Source of the DNA: Octopus sinensis | Lineage: Eukaryota | Assembly (NCBI RefSeq): GCF_006345805.1 | Contig: NC_043006.1 | Location: forward strand, 88,350,001 to 88,414,000 | Reading direction: 5' to 3' | Length of the DNA: 64,000 nucleotides | Shown here: one piece after another, positions 24,148 to 38,764 of the stretch | Position numbering within the stretch: position 1 is the stretch's first letter | Layout: each line of letters begins with the position of its first letter | The notes under the pieces: model-generated | Told to the model about the DNA's origin: nothing | Databases searched by the model: none | The model's input: only the letters and a program-made list of their open reading frames with translations | Program-made: the position numbers and the translations under genes

Positions 24148-24620
24148 GTTTTTTAATTATCAAAATGTGTAGAAATAATCACAAAATTCGTCTCGCTGGA
24201 AATTTGTATCAAGAGGTGAGTTTACCAAAAAGTCTGTGAGAGACAATCGCAAAACATATTATATTGCCGTTTTGTTGGATCTGTCAAATTTACATCTTGT
24301 GAGACAAACGAAGATACTCAAAAAACCCTCGACATATTCGAAATCGCAGTTGATTAATCGGGTGGTGTTGAAAAATCAAAGATATTTATTAGCAAGCTAA
24401 TGAACAGTTCCGAAAAACCTCTTAATGGAACTCAATATCTTCGAGGCAACAGATCAAAAGAAGCAACAGAGAAAAAAATTTCACAAAAATCTATTTGTTG
24501 CTAGTTGTACTTTAGCAGTAAAGAGATGTTTTCCGTAGCAGGAAATTTTATAACTAAATCAAGAACCAGATCGCAGCATCAATCACCTTCATTTTCTAAA
24601 CTCTTATTATAAAAATTCGT
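24148..24620 (+). pseudogene. Decayed hAT transposase C-terminus (probably continues from ~19800-19983)
   Basis: FSVAGNFITKSRTRS...HFLNSYYKN resembles the hAT dimerisation motif. Confidence 0.45.
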
Positions 24621-25154
24621 TTTCATAATATTTATTTTGGGTTCATTAAATTTCAACTACCATGTGATGATACTAAGCTAATATTTATTAAATATGTATT
24701 TATGTCGCTAAAACTTATTGATGGTCTTTGTTTCTGTATAAAAACGCTCAGCAATAAATTTTTCACTTACGTTCAAGTACTTCAAAAGGTAATAAAAAAA
24801 ATTTAGTATATATTCCTGTCACTAATGCTATTTCATACCTACCAACCAGGGAGCAATATATCTTATTTCACTGGAGTTTTATCCTAAATAATTAAACACT
24901 TCATCTACATACAGTTTATTTATTTGAAATTATTGAAATTTTTGCATTTCACTTCCCTAGATCTTGAGAGAATAATTTATTTCATCTCATTTTCCTGGAA
25001 TAAGCAAAATTGTCCAATGTGAGGAAGTTTAGTGCGTATTCCGTACATTTAGAATTCTAGGCTCACTACAGACGTCTTTAGGTGCTGCTACTACTGCTTA
25101 CCAACATTATGATCTGCCAATAGGAATTTTTTCATACGCATAAAATTTATCGTT

Positions 25155-25325
25155 TATCTTTTACTTATTTCAGTCATTTGCATACGGCTATGCTGGGGTA
25201 CAGCCTTGAAAAGCTTTAGTCGAACAAATCGACCCTAGGACTTTTTTTAAAGCCTGGCCCTGGTTCTATCGGTTTCTTTTGCCGAACCGCTAAATTACGG
25301 GAACGTAAATACACCAACACCGATA
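25155..25325 (-). mobile_element. SINE family A, 3' half
   Basis: TTTAGTCGAACAAATCGACCC...TTTTGCCGAACCGCTAA...GTAAATACACCAACAC. Confidence 0.7.
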
Positions 25326-25382
25326 CAAGCAGTTTGTATCACTGGTTCAATATTCCTCTAATTTTAGATTGATCTGCAAAAG

Positions 25383-26945
25383 CTAAAGACAGAGAATTAT
25401 AAAAACTGGATGAGTTTGCCATAAGCTCTTGTGAATTTCTTTTCTTTTGTTTTTTAATCTTTTGAAGTGTTTCAATAATTTTAGGGTAAGATGCAAGAGT
25501 TCATTACACCCCCCCCCTCTCAAAAAACAAAACAAACTTAGATGTCTTATATTTTTGTACAAAGTTTCCTGGCTCTTGAGGAACTTGTTTTGATTTTGCT
25601 GGTCAAAGCACAAATCCATGGTCTTTTTTTCTGCAAGAGAAGTGCTGTGAATGGATGTCGGAAATTGGAATGTCGAATTAGTTTCAAGCTTCACATATTG
25701 AAAATATAATATTCTTGTAAGCATAAATTAATCTTGTAAGCGAAACCGCGTAGTTCACCCAAACTACTGCAGTGATCCACCATTTCTCTTTGGAACAGCA
25801 AATTAATTTCTTTAAATTCACTGTCTACAGACAGGTTTCATAAATATTAAATAAAGTTCATTAGTTGCATCCGAGTGCATAGTATGTAATTCTCTAAGAC
25901 TTATCTTAACAGCAAGATGACATTCGAAAATGTAATTTTAACACATCCCACTGGCTAAGAATTCTTTTTACGTAGTTACTTCTCGCTAACCGACCATCTT
26001 ATGGTTTAAAGGTGAATCATTTTCAATGGTGCCTCACTATCGTTGATTAATTTATATATTTCCAAGAACGATTATCTTCGTTGCGTTGATCTGTGCAATA
26101 GTTGTAAGTTTCTCTCTTCAGATAGTCAATGTTAGAATGCATTGCTTCAACAGCATGGGAACGTGGTAATTGGAGAAAATGGCAAATGCATTGTTGGAGA
26201 ATCTAGTTTGGATTATCTAATTTCGGTAACGTGTAAAGAAGATATTAATGTCGCAATAGTTTGATCCCCCGTTTGTTGCAATAGTAAAACAGTTTTTAAT
26301 GTTAATATTCACATCACTCAAAATTTTTTTTACTGATGCAACATGTCAGATAAGTTTTCACGGCAGGAATTAATTCTAAAATTTGTGATAAAATTAAATC
26401 TTGTCGTTTATTATAAGGTAGAACAACCTAAATCCTGACTGCATATGTCTTCTATTGGTTCTTTCTGTTAGGATAGAGCAATAGTATTTTCTTTTTTAGT
26501 GGTCTGCATTTTGCTTTATGTAGTTTCAAATGAACTGCAATTGATGAAAAATTCCCTATTAATAAGTTCTCCTCAATGGACATCGCTCGGAATATATGCT
26601 GCCCGCAGTAGTTCTTATGTTGTTATTTTGTTAAGAGAAAAAAATACTTTGATAATCTGCTGCGATTTGAGTTTATTACAGCACCATACTTCTATATTTA
26701 TCTGCAGTAGAATGCCTTTGTTAAATAGACTGTATGCGCACTTACCTCAGTATTGCACATTCTACATAAAGCTTTATTGCTAATGTGCTTTGTTTGTCTT
26801 AACCGATGTGAAAATTTTGAATTTGTACGCCAGAAATTTACAAAGACTTTTGATTATATTTTGATAACGCTTTACTGTACAAGTAAGTATCGTTTTGGAA
26901 TAGTTGAGATTTATTTAAAATATTTAAATTTGATTTTCACCATGT
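25383..26945 (-). pseudogene. Decayed hAT transposase
   Basis: Minus-strand fragments CICHFLQL..SHAVE (CxxH motif), TIRW, VKRILSQWDVLKLHF and ELYLIFMKPV, with many stops and frameshifts. Boundaries approximate. Confidence 0.65.
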
Positions 26946-27074
26946 GACTAAAGAAGTGCTGTCCCAAAACTTTGATTCCCTAATGATCCACTACGTAGTC
27001 GCTCTACATGCTAGACATAGTGGCCAAATAGAAATAAATAGAGCAAAAATTCATAACAAGCATTCATAACATAT

Positions 27075-27460
27075 AGGCGCAGGAGTGGCTGTGTGGTAAG
27101 TAGCTTGCTTACCAACCACATGGTTCCGGGTCCAGTCTCACTGCGTAGCACCTTGGGTAAGTGTCTTCTACTATAGCCTCGGGCCTTGTGAGTGGATTTG
27201 GTAGACGGAAACTGAAAGAAGCCGTCGTATATATGTATATGTATATATATGTGTGTGTGTGTTTGTGTGTCTGTGTTTGTCCCCCCAACATCGCTTGACA
27301 ACCGATGCTGGTGTGTTTACGTCCCCGTAACTTAGCAGTTCGGCAAAGAGACCAATAGAATACGTACAAAGAATAAGTCCTGTGGTCGATTTACTCGACT
27401 AAAGGCGGTGCTCCAGCATGGCCGCAGTCAAATGACTGAAGCAAGTAAAAGAGTAAAGGT
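27075..27460 (+). mobile_element. SINE family A, full length
   Basis: GGCGCAGGAGTGGCTGTGTGGTAAG through ATGACTGAAGCAAGTAAAAGAGTAAA. Confidence 0.9.
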
Positions 27461-28127
27461 GTAAAAGTGTAACTAAAAATAATACGAAGTGAAATTTATA
27501 CATCTCCACAGAAGGGGAGACATTGTCGCCTGAGGCAGAACATGCATTTTATGAAGGAGAGCCAATATAATGTGAAGTGGAACCAGCTTCTACCTAACCA
27601 AAATGACTTTCACAGTCATTCGAGAGAATAATAAAGTTCTAATGTGACTCTTAAATAATCTGCACAAGAAATTTCTAGACAAAGCAAGGATCGAAGGAAA
27701 TGAGATCACATTTTAAGAAGCATAAAATATACAGAATACAAGAAAAAATTTTAGACGAACTTCATGATTTATCATGTTTTAAAGATCCAGAGTGTAACTA
27801 AAAATAATACGAAGCCCTTGCTTGACTCTTCACGACAGATTTTAGAATCAACAACTATGAACAAAGCAAGAAGAAAAGAATGTATTTTAAAATTTTTGTA
27901 GAGATGCCTTGTTTCAATGATTTTGTTTATTTTTACTTATTCCATGTAAATATTTGAATTTTATCAATTTTTAATTCGTTCAATTATATATTGTAAGACG
28001 TTTTAAGCCCCTCATCTCATTTTTGGATAATTTGTTCATCCTCTCACAAGTCATTGTTTTCCCCCGTTTAAAGAATTTGTCGTATTTTTCTGTACCATGA
28101 CGTTCTCTTGAGGCTATTAAAAACAAG

Positions 28128-28199
<72 letters not shown>

Positions 28200-28903
28200 A
28201 GGCGGCGAGCTGGCAAAATCCTTAGTGCGCTGGACGAAATGCTTAGCGGTATTTTGTCGATGTTGCTACGTTCTGAGCTCAAATTTTACCGAGGTCGACT
28301 TTGCCTTTCATCCTTTCAGGGTCGATAAATTAGGTACCAGTGTAATACTGGGGTCAACGTGATCGAATATTCCCTTCGCCCCAAAATCACATGGTTGTAA
28401 ATTGAACTTCTTTACCAGACAGCCTCTACCATTTCTCTTGCAGTACCACCATTTTACCTACTGCTCAAGCATTATTCTTACTATTCTGTCTATTATAGGA
28501 AGGTGGAGGTGCTTCACTGTTTTTTTTTGGGGGGGGGGGGCTCTATGATTTTCCCACAACATTGCATATACCAATGAAATAATACCAGACATTATTTTCC
28601 TCTCATTACTCTTTTACTCTTTTAATTTTTTCAGTCATTTGACTGTGGCCATGTTGGAGCACCGCCTTTAGAATCTTTTCTCACATGGCTATGATGCTCC
28701 GCCACTACTTCTGCTCGTGATCAGAGATACACATATCGTCAGTCACTAAGGAACATGCTAAACTGGTTAAGGTCAAGCAACTAACAATCAAATTTGTGGA
28801 ATTGAGCAGAATATTTGCTGTAGCCCATCTTTTATATCAGTTAAGATCAGAAGCCATGAGATCCACTGTCTGGTACTGCATCAGGGCATAATTATTATTA
28901 TTA

Positions 28904-28951
<48 letters not shown>

Positions 28952-28971
28952 CATTATTATTATTATTATTA

Positions 28972-29019
<48 letters not shown>

Positions 29020-29529
29020 GGCACTGAAATGTAAGAATCATTAGCGGGTCGAACAAAATTATTAATGGAATTTCTTCCTGCACTTTACGTACTGAATTCA
29101 AATTCCGTCGAGGTCAACTTTGTCTTTTATCCCTTCGAGGTCGATGAAAAAATGTACTAGCAAAGTAGTAGGGTCAATGTAATCGACTAACATCCTTCCT
29201 CTAAAAGTTCTGGTCTTGTGTCAAAACCTGAAATAATTATTGTTTAATTAAGGATGATGGGTGGGGTGGATAGTTAGAGAGTTGGAAAACATGCCGTGCG
29301 ATATTTACTTTGAGTCCTTACATTCTGATTTCAGATACTGCTGAAGAAAAATTTATGTTTCATCCCTCCGAAGGCGATGAAATAAAGTATTGGTAAAGCA
29401 CTGGAGTCGACTAATCAATTAAGCATTCTCCCTTAAAACTTGATGGCATTGTGCTTAAATTAGAAAATAAAAATCATCATCACCAACACCACCGCCATCA
29501 TCATCATCATCATCGTCGTCGTCGTTATT

Positions 29530-29563
<34 letters not shown>

Positions 29564-29735
29564 CCAGAGCAGTGGAATAACAGAATCGGAATAGTAAAAG
29601 GAAAAAATTACCTTACAATATTTAGGCACGTTTCTTTATGTTCTGAGTTCAAATCCCTCCGAGGTTAATTTCGCCTTTCATCTTGCCGTGGTTAATACAA
29701 TAATTACCAACGAATGGCTGTGTCAAAATCAGAAA
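28128..29735 (+). mobile_element. Cluster of SINE family B copies among (ATT)n and (CAT)n tracts
   Basis: Copies at ~28199-28385, ~29018-29235, ~29250-29470 and ~29570-29735 share TTCTGAGTTCAAAT...GAGGT...CTTTCATCC variants. (ATT)n at 28128-28198 and 28890-29017. Confidence 0.7.
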
Positions 29736-30589
29736 CCATAACCATCAACAACAACATCATCATCATTATCATCCTACTCGTCTTCCACGCCATCGTCGTC
29801 GTCGTCGTCATCAACATCATCATCATCTTCATCAGTTTTCTAATTGGCAATTGAAACGAAAGCACTAATACAGTATAATAACTAAGATTTATGTGTCGGA
29901 AAATAAAAGAGGAAATAATAAGATGTTTCTCTTATCAAGTATATCCTATAATTAAGAGGAAAAGAAGATATGATGCTGATGCTGATGATGATAATGATGA
30001 TGATGGTGATGACGGTGATGATGACGGTGATGATGATGATGAGGAGGAGGAGGAGGATTTTGATGATTGCTGAAGAAAGGGAAAAAGAGAATGAATGAAT
30101 TGTGTGAAAGTATTCAAAATATACGAGGAAGGTAAACATAAAAAACAAAAATAAAAATAATAAAGAAAAATATGGTGCTTTTAGTTGTCATAAATATATG
30201 AGAAGGGAACATTACGGCTCTACGGAAATATATTGCAATTAAAGTGGACATCGTTGGCATCACAAACGGGTTAACAGAGACATGAACATACATACATATA
30301 TATATATCTACATACTTGCTCATGTGTATATACACGCCCACATACAAACAGATAGCCAGGTAGATAGTTAACTCGACAGACAAACAGATAGAAAAATTGA
30401 TAGACAAATTGAGGGAGAGAGAGAGAGAGAAATGGGGAGAAAGGGAGAGAAAGAGAGAGGGAAGGAGAGTAATACTAAATAATGCATTTCTGCGCTTGTC
30501 CACGGAGCATAAGTTATGATGTAGAAAATCAAAAATAAGAAGCAATTACTAATAAAGGAACTAATATGCCTGGGTCCAGAAAGCAACAT

Positions 30590-31290
30590 ACTAGCATTAG
30601 AATATCATGGGTTGAATATAACACGATTCCTCGATTCTCGATAACAGAGAATGTTTTGATACGATGGGAGGATAACAAAAATATATGAAAGTTGATAATG
30701 TGTATGAGCTATAGGGAAAACAAAACTAAAGAATTCTTGTAAATATCTAAGCAATATTTAGATCAGTTGGGGAATATGACAGGGTGACTGTTTGTGCCGT
30801 TTGCTTTTTATATTCTATTTGACACCTCTAACATTACCATGATGAATGGGTAGGGTACGTGTATATAATGAAAGACAAGCAGCATAAAAATCAATCAGCT
30901 TCTATTTATGGATGAATTGAAGCTGTTTGCTAAGAAGGAAGATCAAATAGAAGATCTTAGTGCAAACAGTGCATTGAGTTTAGAGAAGGTAACGAGATAG
31001 AAAACGGGATTAAAAAGTCTAGATATTGGAAGGAGATAAATATAATGGAACAAAAATTACTAGATAAGAAACTAATAAAAAAAAAGTAGATACGTTTGGC
31101 TATAAATACTAAGCTATGATGAAGACAGATATGATAAAGAAAAGTAAAGATGAAAGCAATACTTGATTGTAGTATTTAAATCTAAATAGTAGAAATAAGG
31201 CAAACCTTATATACATGGCCTTTGTCTATTTTCAAGTATAGTGGAGAAGTTCTGAACTGGAGCAAAGAGGAACAGGTCAATTTTGGTGTC
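30590..31290 (+). pseudogene. Highly decayed R4/Dong-type reverse transcriptase fragment
   Basis: GI*QGDCLCRLLFIFYLTPL and INQLLFMDELKLFAKKEDQIE match the QGD-LSP and HLLFMDD motifs. Confidence 0.7.
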
Positions 31291-31560
31291 AATATTGTAT
31301 ATAAATTATGTTCAAGTGAATGCAATCTTTTCAAAGTGGAGTACAGGAACACCTCCTGTAATCTGTTCCCTTGAAATTACAGTGAATAAATAATTGGGTT
31401 GTTTAGATTTCTCTTTCAGTTCAAGGAAGCTATTATTTACGAATATATTTAATAAAAAAATTATCACAAGACCCAAGATAACATATATCTTAGATTATAT
31501 GCTGCTTTTTCTTTTTCTTTTTTCTTTTTTATTATTAATAGCGAATCGTGTATAATAATA

Positions 31561-32570
31561 CTAGCAGAGATACCCGGCGTTGCCCGGTTACATTCAGTTG
31601 AAGAATTAGACTTTTCTGTTATATTCTCTGTAATGAACTGGAATATCTATGTTTCGAATTTCATCAAAATTGCAGATGTGGGTTATTTCCCTCTTTACAC
31701 ACCCTAAAAAATTTGTAATCGTGCTACATGTATCCCATACTACTGATTTTTATGCGCATATTCCAAAATTTCAGTGCTATTGAACCTGTTAAAAAGATTT
31801 TGCTTCTAAAAAATGAAGGTCATGGAGCTCTAAAATGTGAGAGTTAAGGCCCTTGTTGGGGGTGGGCATCTTAATGTCAACCAGAGAATTTGAATTGTTG
31901 AAAATCTTTTTAACTTGGGTCTTAAATCTATTGTTTGAATTTCTTTGAAATAGGAAATATATGTTCACTGGGTTTGTAAAAGAGAGCAAAGCTACCGGAA
32001 ACCAAAAGACGAATGATCACAATAAGCAGTCAGTTACCCTACCCTAGTCGTTACTTGAAGTACCGGTTCAAGAACTATGTTATATATATATATATAAATA
32101 TATATATGTGTGTGTGTGTGTGTGTGTATACATGTATGTATATATATATGTATACACACACACACATACACAAACACACACAAAGATAAATTGATAGATA
32201 CAACTGAGTGGGCAAACAAAAATATGAGACACTTCGTAGTGCTTTTTTATATTTTGATAAGCCTGGTACTTATTCTATCAGTTTCTTCTTGTGAAACCAG
32301 TAAGTTATGGGGATGTAAATAAACGAACACCAGTTGTGAAGCAGTGATGAGGGAGAAACACGAAGACACACACATAGACTTACAAATATTCATACATATA
32401 CATACAATTGATTTCTTTCAGTTTCTGTCTACAAAATCCACTGACAAGGCTTTGTTTGGTCTCAGGCTATAGCAGAAGACACACGCCAAGTTACCATACA
32501 GTGGGACTGAACTGAGGACCATGTGTTTTGGAACCAAGTTTGTTACCACACAGTCATACCTGCACCTATG

Positions 32571-32601
<31 letters not shown>

Positions 32602-33229
32602 TGGATCGGTGTGTGTGTATGGGTGTATATATGTATGCATGTATATATATGCATATATTTATGTGTACATATTACATATACATCTATATATACATCTAGA
32701 CATACATGTTTACATATACATGCATGTCTATAGAAATACATCTATACATATACATATACAGCTATGCATATACATGTACACATATACATCTATATATATA
32801 CATGTATATATATATATATATATACAAAATGAGAATATGGAGAAATATACCTAAATCAATCATCAACCATCAGATAATACCCAATCAGTACTTTATTAAA
32901 CCATTACACAACAGCAGTTATATTATTGAATTTACAACCCCTATCTAATTTTATATTATATATATATATATATATACATCCATATACATACAATAGAGAG
33001 ATGCTTTTGCTTCAATTTTAACACGCAATACTGAAATACTGGGGAAGTTGTCATATTGGTGTGGGCTCGCCCTAGGCAAGAAGTTAAACATTTCTTTGCC
33101 CATGACACTACATGGACCCTAAGTAAGGCATGTGTAAAATTTGAATGAAATTAGTTGTGTAGTTCTCAAGTTTTAGGGATTCACACAGACAGACAGACAC
33201 ACACATTCTTAGTTTTATATATATATAGA
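31561..33229 (-). mobile_element. Helitron termini (possibly one element with a nested SINE-A at ~32255-32565)
   Basis: Minus-strand 5' A|TCTATATATATATAAAAC at 33229. 3' hairpin CCGGGCAACGCCGGG plus CTAG|T at 31561. Continuity between the ends is not shown. Confidence 0.55.
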
Positions 33230-34049
33230 TTGCAATGAGTGTTGTATGTAAGAAATAATGTTGAAATGTTGCTGCTGAAGGAAAATTTGAAATTGAAATA
33301 TATATGATGCTATGGTGTTGTATTTGAGAGACATTGGAAATATGGGAGAGGGAGAAATATAGTTTAATTTTTCCATTCTTCTATGTAATGAATATAAGCA
33401 TTGTAGTTCACAAACTGATTGATTTTTCATGACAACCACACATATGTAACATTATCAAACCTGTATTGCAAACACTAAAGTTTCTCTGTAGAACTGATCC
33501 AGAAGAGAAACTATACACTTTGGAATGCAATTTTGATAATGTTAATGTGTATTGGTTGCCATGAGAAACCATCTGATTGTTTGATAATGTAGTTCAATTG
33601 ATAGTGTTAGATTGCACTTCAATGCAATTAATGCTTAATAATGCATTTAAACAAAATATTTTGACACTGTTCAGTTGTTGAATCTCTTTCAAGCTCATGT
33701 GCAACTCACACTGGAATACTGCTCACATGCATGTAGAGGTGATGCTGTTGCACACATAGAAGTTGTCTGTGTTGCTTTTATGTTCCATTTAGTCGAATGG
33801 TCTTCAGGATAACACAATTTTACTAACAGAAAAATTTCAATTCAATGTAATATATGTATCATGCTAAATGTATACATGCCGCCAGAAGGCATAGAGTTGT
33901 GGAATTGTCCGAGGTCAAATGTCTTCGATATATATGGAACAGTGAATAATACATTCACTGGTATTGTATGCGCTTGCCGGGCAGTAGAATAAGTCAGTGT
34001 ACGCAACTAAAACGGCATTAAATTAAGAATCATCTGTGAATCATACTAA

Positions 34050-35530
34050 ATGTATATATTCGGCTCCAGCTCGTATCTGAGCATTAGATTCGTCAGTTGC
34101 CATCCAGTCTCCTCGGCTGATGTTTGCGCCGAAATCGACTTTGGAGTCCAAGTCGGTGATGAAAGAGTCGTGGACAGAACTCGCACGGGATGGTCGGTGC
34201 AGGTCGAAGACGTTGAAGACGCTCCTTCTCCTACATTTTGCCTCCTCATTCGAAAGCCACACTGGGACTCAAGGTGGACGTCTTCCGCAAGGATGAGGAG
34301 GCGATTGAGTAGGATAGGGGCGAAGATCTTACTTGCAATACTCAGGAGTGAGATGCCCCGATAGTTCTTGCAATCTTCTCGGTCTCCCTTCTGGTAGATG
34401 GTAATGATAATCGCATCACGGAAGTGATCTTGCTTTCCCAGATCTTGGGGATAAGAAGCATCAGATGATTTCTCAGCTCAGGACCTCCGTGCATGAAAAG
34501 CTCAAACGGGATGTTGTCTGATCCTGGACCTTCCCCCGGCTCCATGCGCGCAAGTGCCTTGTTGAACTCATGGTGTGAGGGTGGCAGATGGGGAGCTGTG
34601 GGGAGTTTAGGAGGAGATCGTCAAGTGTGCGTGAGTGGTCATTAAGTAGGTACTCAAAATAGAATTTCCAGCGATCGAGGATTCACCGGGTGTCGGTTAT
34701 CGCAGAGCCAGCTGCATTCTTCAAGCCGTCCGCTGATGACCTTGTAAGGCCGAAGATCTTAGTTGCAGCAGAAAAGCTGCGCAAGTCTCGTTGGTCCATA
34801 TAGTTTTGCATCTCCTCTGCTTTCCTCTGCCACTAGGTGTTCTGAGCTTCTCGAATTCCTCGCTGGCAACTCGCTGGTGCTTGCTGGTGTTTTCGATTGT
34901 TCCCCGCAGTGGTATGGTTCTCGAGGACTAGGTGCATCCTGAGTATGGCTTCGGTAAAACGAGAGAGGGTTTCATCATTCTCACCAAACCAGTCTTGGTC
35001 CTTCTTTCGGGCAAAGCTGATCGTCTCCTCGGCGGCAGCGGTCATGACTTCACGAAGGTTGATCCAACGATCATCAATGGAAGTTGGCTCTGGGAGGTCC
35101 ATCAGGTGTCTCTCAATGGATTCCCTGAAGTTTTGGGATGCCTGTAAGTTCCGGAGTTTGGCGCAGTCGAAGCGTCGGCAAGGGATGTTTGCTGAGACCC
35201 ACTTTGGTGGGCAGCGGATCTTGATGTCAAGGCCAGAAATAAGAAAGCGGTTATCCGTCCAGTAGTCATCTGCACCAGGTATGGAACATATGGAGTTTTG
35301 CATCTCGGTATGCGTACATCTCGTATGTCCCTGGATCTTGTCAGAACGTAGCTGAGGATGCGTCAATGTTTAGACCGTGGGTGTTTCCAGGTCATTTTTT
35401 GTCGGATAGGGAGTCGAAATAGAAAGTTGGTGATGATGAGTTCGTGTTCGGCGCAAAGGCCCAGGCGGAACTGGCCATTGGCATTGCATCTCCCAATGCC
35501 GTGATGACCAAGAATGCCATTCCACAATGA
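34050..35530 (-). mobile_element. RTE (BovB-like) LINE, 5'-truncated with the RT core deleted
   Basis: APE region [17 protein letters not shown]...[11 protein letters not shown] start GSDNIPFELF...NYRGISLLS...ESQCGFR fused at ~34245 to the terminal zinc finger PCEFCPRLFHHRLGLQS. Confidence 0.85.
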
Positions 35531-36138
35531 TATGTGAAGCAAATCCGGCGAGCCCTGGCAGAAACAGTACATATATGAAGCAAATCCGGCAAACCCTACT
35601 ATGTATTATTAACAGTTTCCAGTATATCAAGGCACAAATTGCGTTTAAACAGGTGACAATCGGGTGCACAGCATTGACAATCATCAAGAAAAGCGTAACA
35701 CATCTGTTGTTACACTGAGTCACAGCACCAAAGATGCTCATAAAGCGTACTGGATGGTTCAAATGATTAAATCCATCTGGTATGTTTTCCCTATCTCCGC
35801 CCAACTGTACTTCAATCTAATAGCAAATCTAAAGTTTAAAATGTTCAACTTCTGCTTTAATAGGAAAATATCAAAAACTGCAGCTCTATGAATTTCTCTC
35901 GCGACCCAAGATTTTATTTTTTATGAATTAGTACCAACAGGAGTTCGAGATGCCTTGTTAATAACTTAAACGCTGGAAGGTCTAAAACTTTTATAGGTGC
36001 TACGAATCCTGCCACAAATAAAAAGCATTTGTTAGAAATTCTTAAATATAAAACGGAGAAATGAATACAGAATGGAGTCCATCAAAATTCAAGATTTCCA
36101 ATTGTAATTCTCTCTAACTAATAACAGAAAAAACATGA

Positions 36139-36196
<58 letters not shown>

Positions 36197-36556
36197 TATA
36201 TAATATATGTGTGTGTGCTTGTAGAGAGAGATACATACATAAGTATGAGTGGATGAGAAGGAAATGAGCGAGAGAACATGTGTGTTTGTGTATGTGTATG
36301 AGTGTGCGTGTGCGTGTGTGTGTGTGTGAGCGTTTGCGTTCGTATCCGTGGGAAAAGAGATAGAAAGGAAGGGAGAGGGGCGGTAAATGGATTTCATTTA
36401 GGCCTGCTAGCACCCTGGGGAGGGTCTACTCCAGCGCCACTAAATGTGTGTCGGCGGGTAGGTAGGTCATATATTATACCTTTTATGACTCTGAAGAGGT
36501 CAAAATAAAAATTAAAATAAAATAAGGGAGGAAATGTGTGTGTATATATGTGCATG

Positions 36557-36628
<72 letters not shown>

Positions 36629-38764
36629 ATATATATTGTGAGCAACCATGTATGATTCTACATACAACGTGAACTGCATATAGTTGCATTTCAACTGGAA
36701 ATTGAATAAGGTTGATATATGATATAAACCGAATTTAGCTCAAACGGATTCGTCGTTTTGCATTATATATTTGTAGATCTATGCCTACATTGTTTAATGA
36801 GCCCTTATTTTGTGGGGAGATGATAAGGTAGTTTGGTTGATATTTCTATCGGATAGAGCGACTGTGTAGGGCCCCCTTCGGTGACTTGTCTTGCCATACA
36901 GTAGATGATTAATCGTCTTTAGACAAGAAGGGCTGGAATCAAAAGCTGCAAATTGCCAAGAGAATTCTATGTGAGTACATACATACATGCATATATACAT
37001 ATATGTGTGTGTATATATGTGTCTACGTATATATGTATGTATATATACGTACGTGTATAATTGAATATGAAATTATATTACTGAATCTGTCTCTAATTAC
37101 TGCCTTCAACAATTAATTTTCATTATGCTTGTTAAATATTGGATATTAATCGTAGTAAGTGCCAGAAAATAAAAGGTAAACATTCTATGAATCGAGTACA
37201 TGGCCCGATTTCACTTCCTAGTTGCCGCCATTTAATGGCACCGATGTATTTCAGAGATACCTGAGTATCATACCCTCCTATAACTTTGAGACCTTGTTCC
37301 CCGTTAGTGATGTCATTATCTGGTATCTGTCTAGCAGTAACAATAAAAGGAGAATAATTCAAATAAGAACGATTAATCTATTTTTTTTAAATGCAAAGGC
37401 AATACCATTAAGAGTAGATCACATTTTTAAAGGAGGCTGGTGAAAGTAAAACGTTTCGATCTCGTTAAACGTCCTCAGTGAAGCATAGTTTACCCATCAA
37501 CATTTACAGAAGATGAGAGGCTGATTATGAATATCAAAAATATGACTGAAGGAAAATATCTCTGAGGGTCGCTCTGTATGACAAATTACGCCTTCTTTAC
37601 ATTCTTACGCTTCCTCATTGATTGGGCAATCTCAGTAAATCGAAGTTTGTCAACTCATTTGACAAGTATTCATCTGCAAGGAGAGATCAAATTAAGCAAG
37701 AGCTTTCAAGTTTGTGTTCAAGAACGACCAATTTTACTCCAAAGAAAGCTATACAAGTTTTAGTTTCATGTTATATTCAAGGGCATACAGAACCAAAAGA
37801 CCCATCTTGATTTACTATTAACATATCCAAAATGTGTGTCCCAGCTGTTTCTTCTTTCGTTGACGACTTGAAAGTGTTTGGATACCTTTTACAGAGTTTC
37901 GTGTAATTACAAACCGTAATATTTTTGAATTCCATTAAAAGAAACTTAATTACAAGAACGGTAACTAGATTATTGCCTTTCCAAGACGATATTGTATATC
38001 ATTTTCCTTCCTTTCTCTCGTTCCTTTCCAACTACGTTCGTTTGAGAAATGTAATCAGATATTTTTCTCAAACCAATAGAAGAAGGTTAGATATAATTAA
38101 AAATTTAATATTGACTGTATATTAAATATTTTGAAATGAGGCTTCAAAATTCGGTTTCTGAAAATCATAAGGGAACGTTCGATTTCATATTACATCTATG
38201 TTCAAAAATCAAATTACATTACAAGAAATTCTCTCCAGCTGTAGAGCGAGAAAACTGACTCTATAAAAGCACCATCTCGTTAAGAGAAGTTTACGTATAT
38301 AATTAACTTAAACGACATATTTGCCTCGGGAAGATATGTAACATTTGCCGACCAATTAAGATATTTACAGAAGATCAAATTACAGCAGTCTCAACCTACA
38401 AATCAAGAATTGAAACCTCATGGTATTAGGCAGTGTTCTCGGAATTCAGCAAAATTATATACCAAAACTAGCGTAGAGATATTTCCCATTATATAAAAGG
38501 AAGCGCAGTCACCAAAAGTATATGATACTTTACATAACCACTTAAGGAGAGAATCAATGTATCGAAGAATGAATCCCAACTGGGAAACGGAGACCAGAAT
38601 AAAACTCAAGAACCAATCAAAGCATTACGTCCCGTTAAGGAAACAAAATATTTAATCAAAAATATTTGAAACTTTCACCAATATCAAATATTAACAAATT
38701 ATGATCGAGAGCCGGACTGCACGGTTGACATTCAGAGTTAAACGACAAGAATTTGTTTGTGAGA

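Noticed and set aside
27075-27150. tRNA-like A/B boxes
   Set aside because: SINE heads, multi-copy and without a complete cloverleaf, so not tRNA genes.
37445-37490. Minus-strand CTGAGGA...GAAACGT
   Set aside because: No stem I complement after the putative cleavage site.
37609-37673. Minus-strand 65-nt exon-like segment (CCTTGCAG...GTAAGA)
   Set aside because: Stops in all three frames and no supporting gene context.
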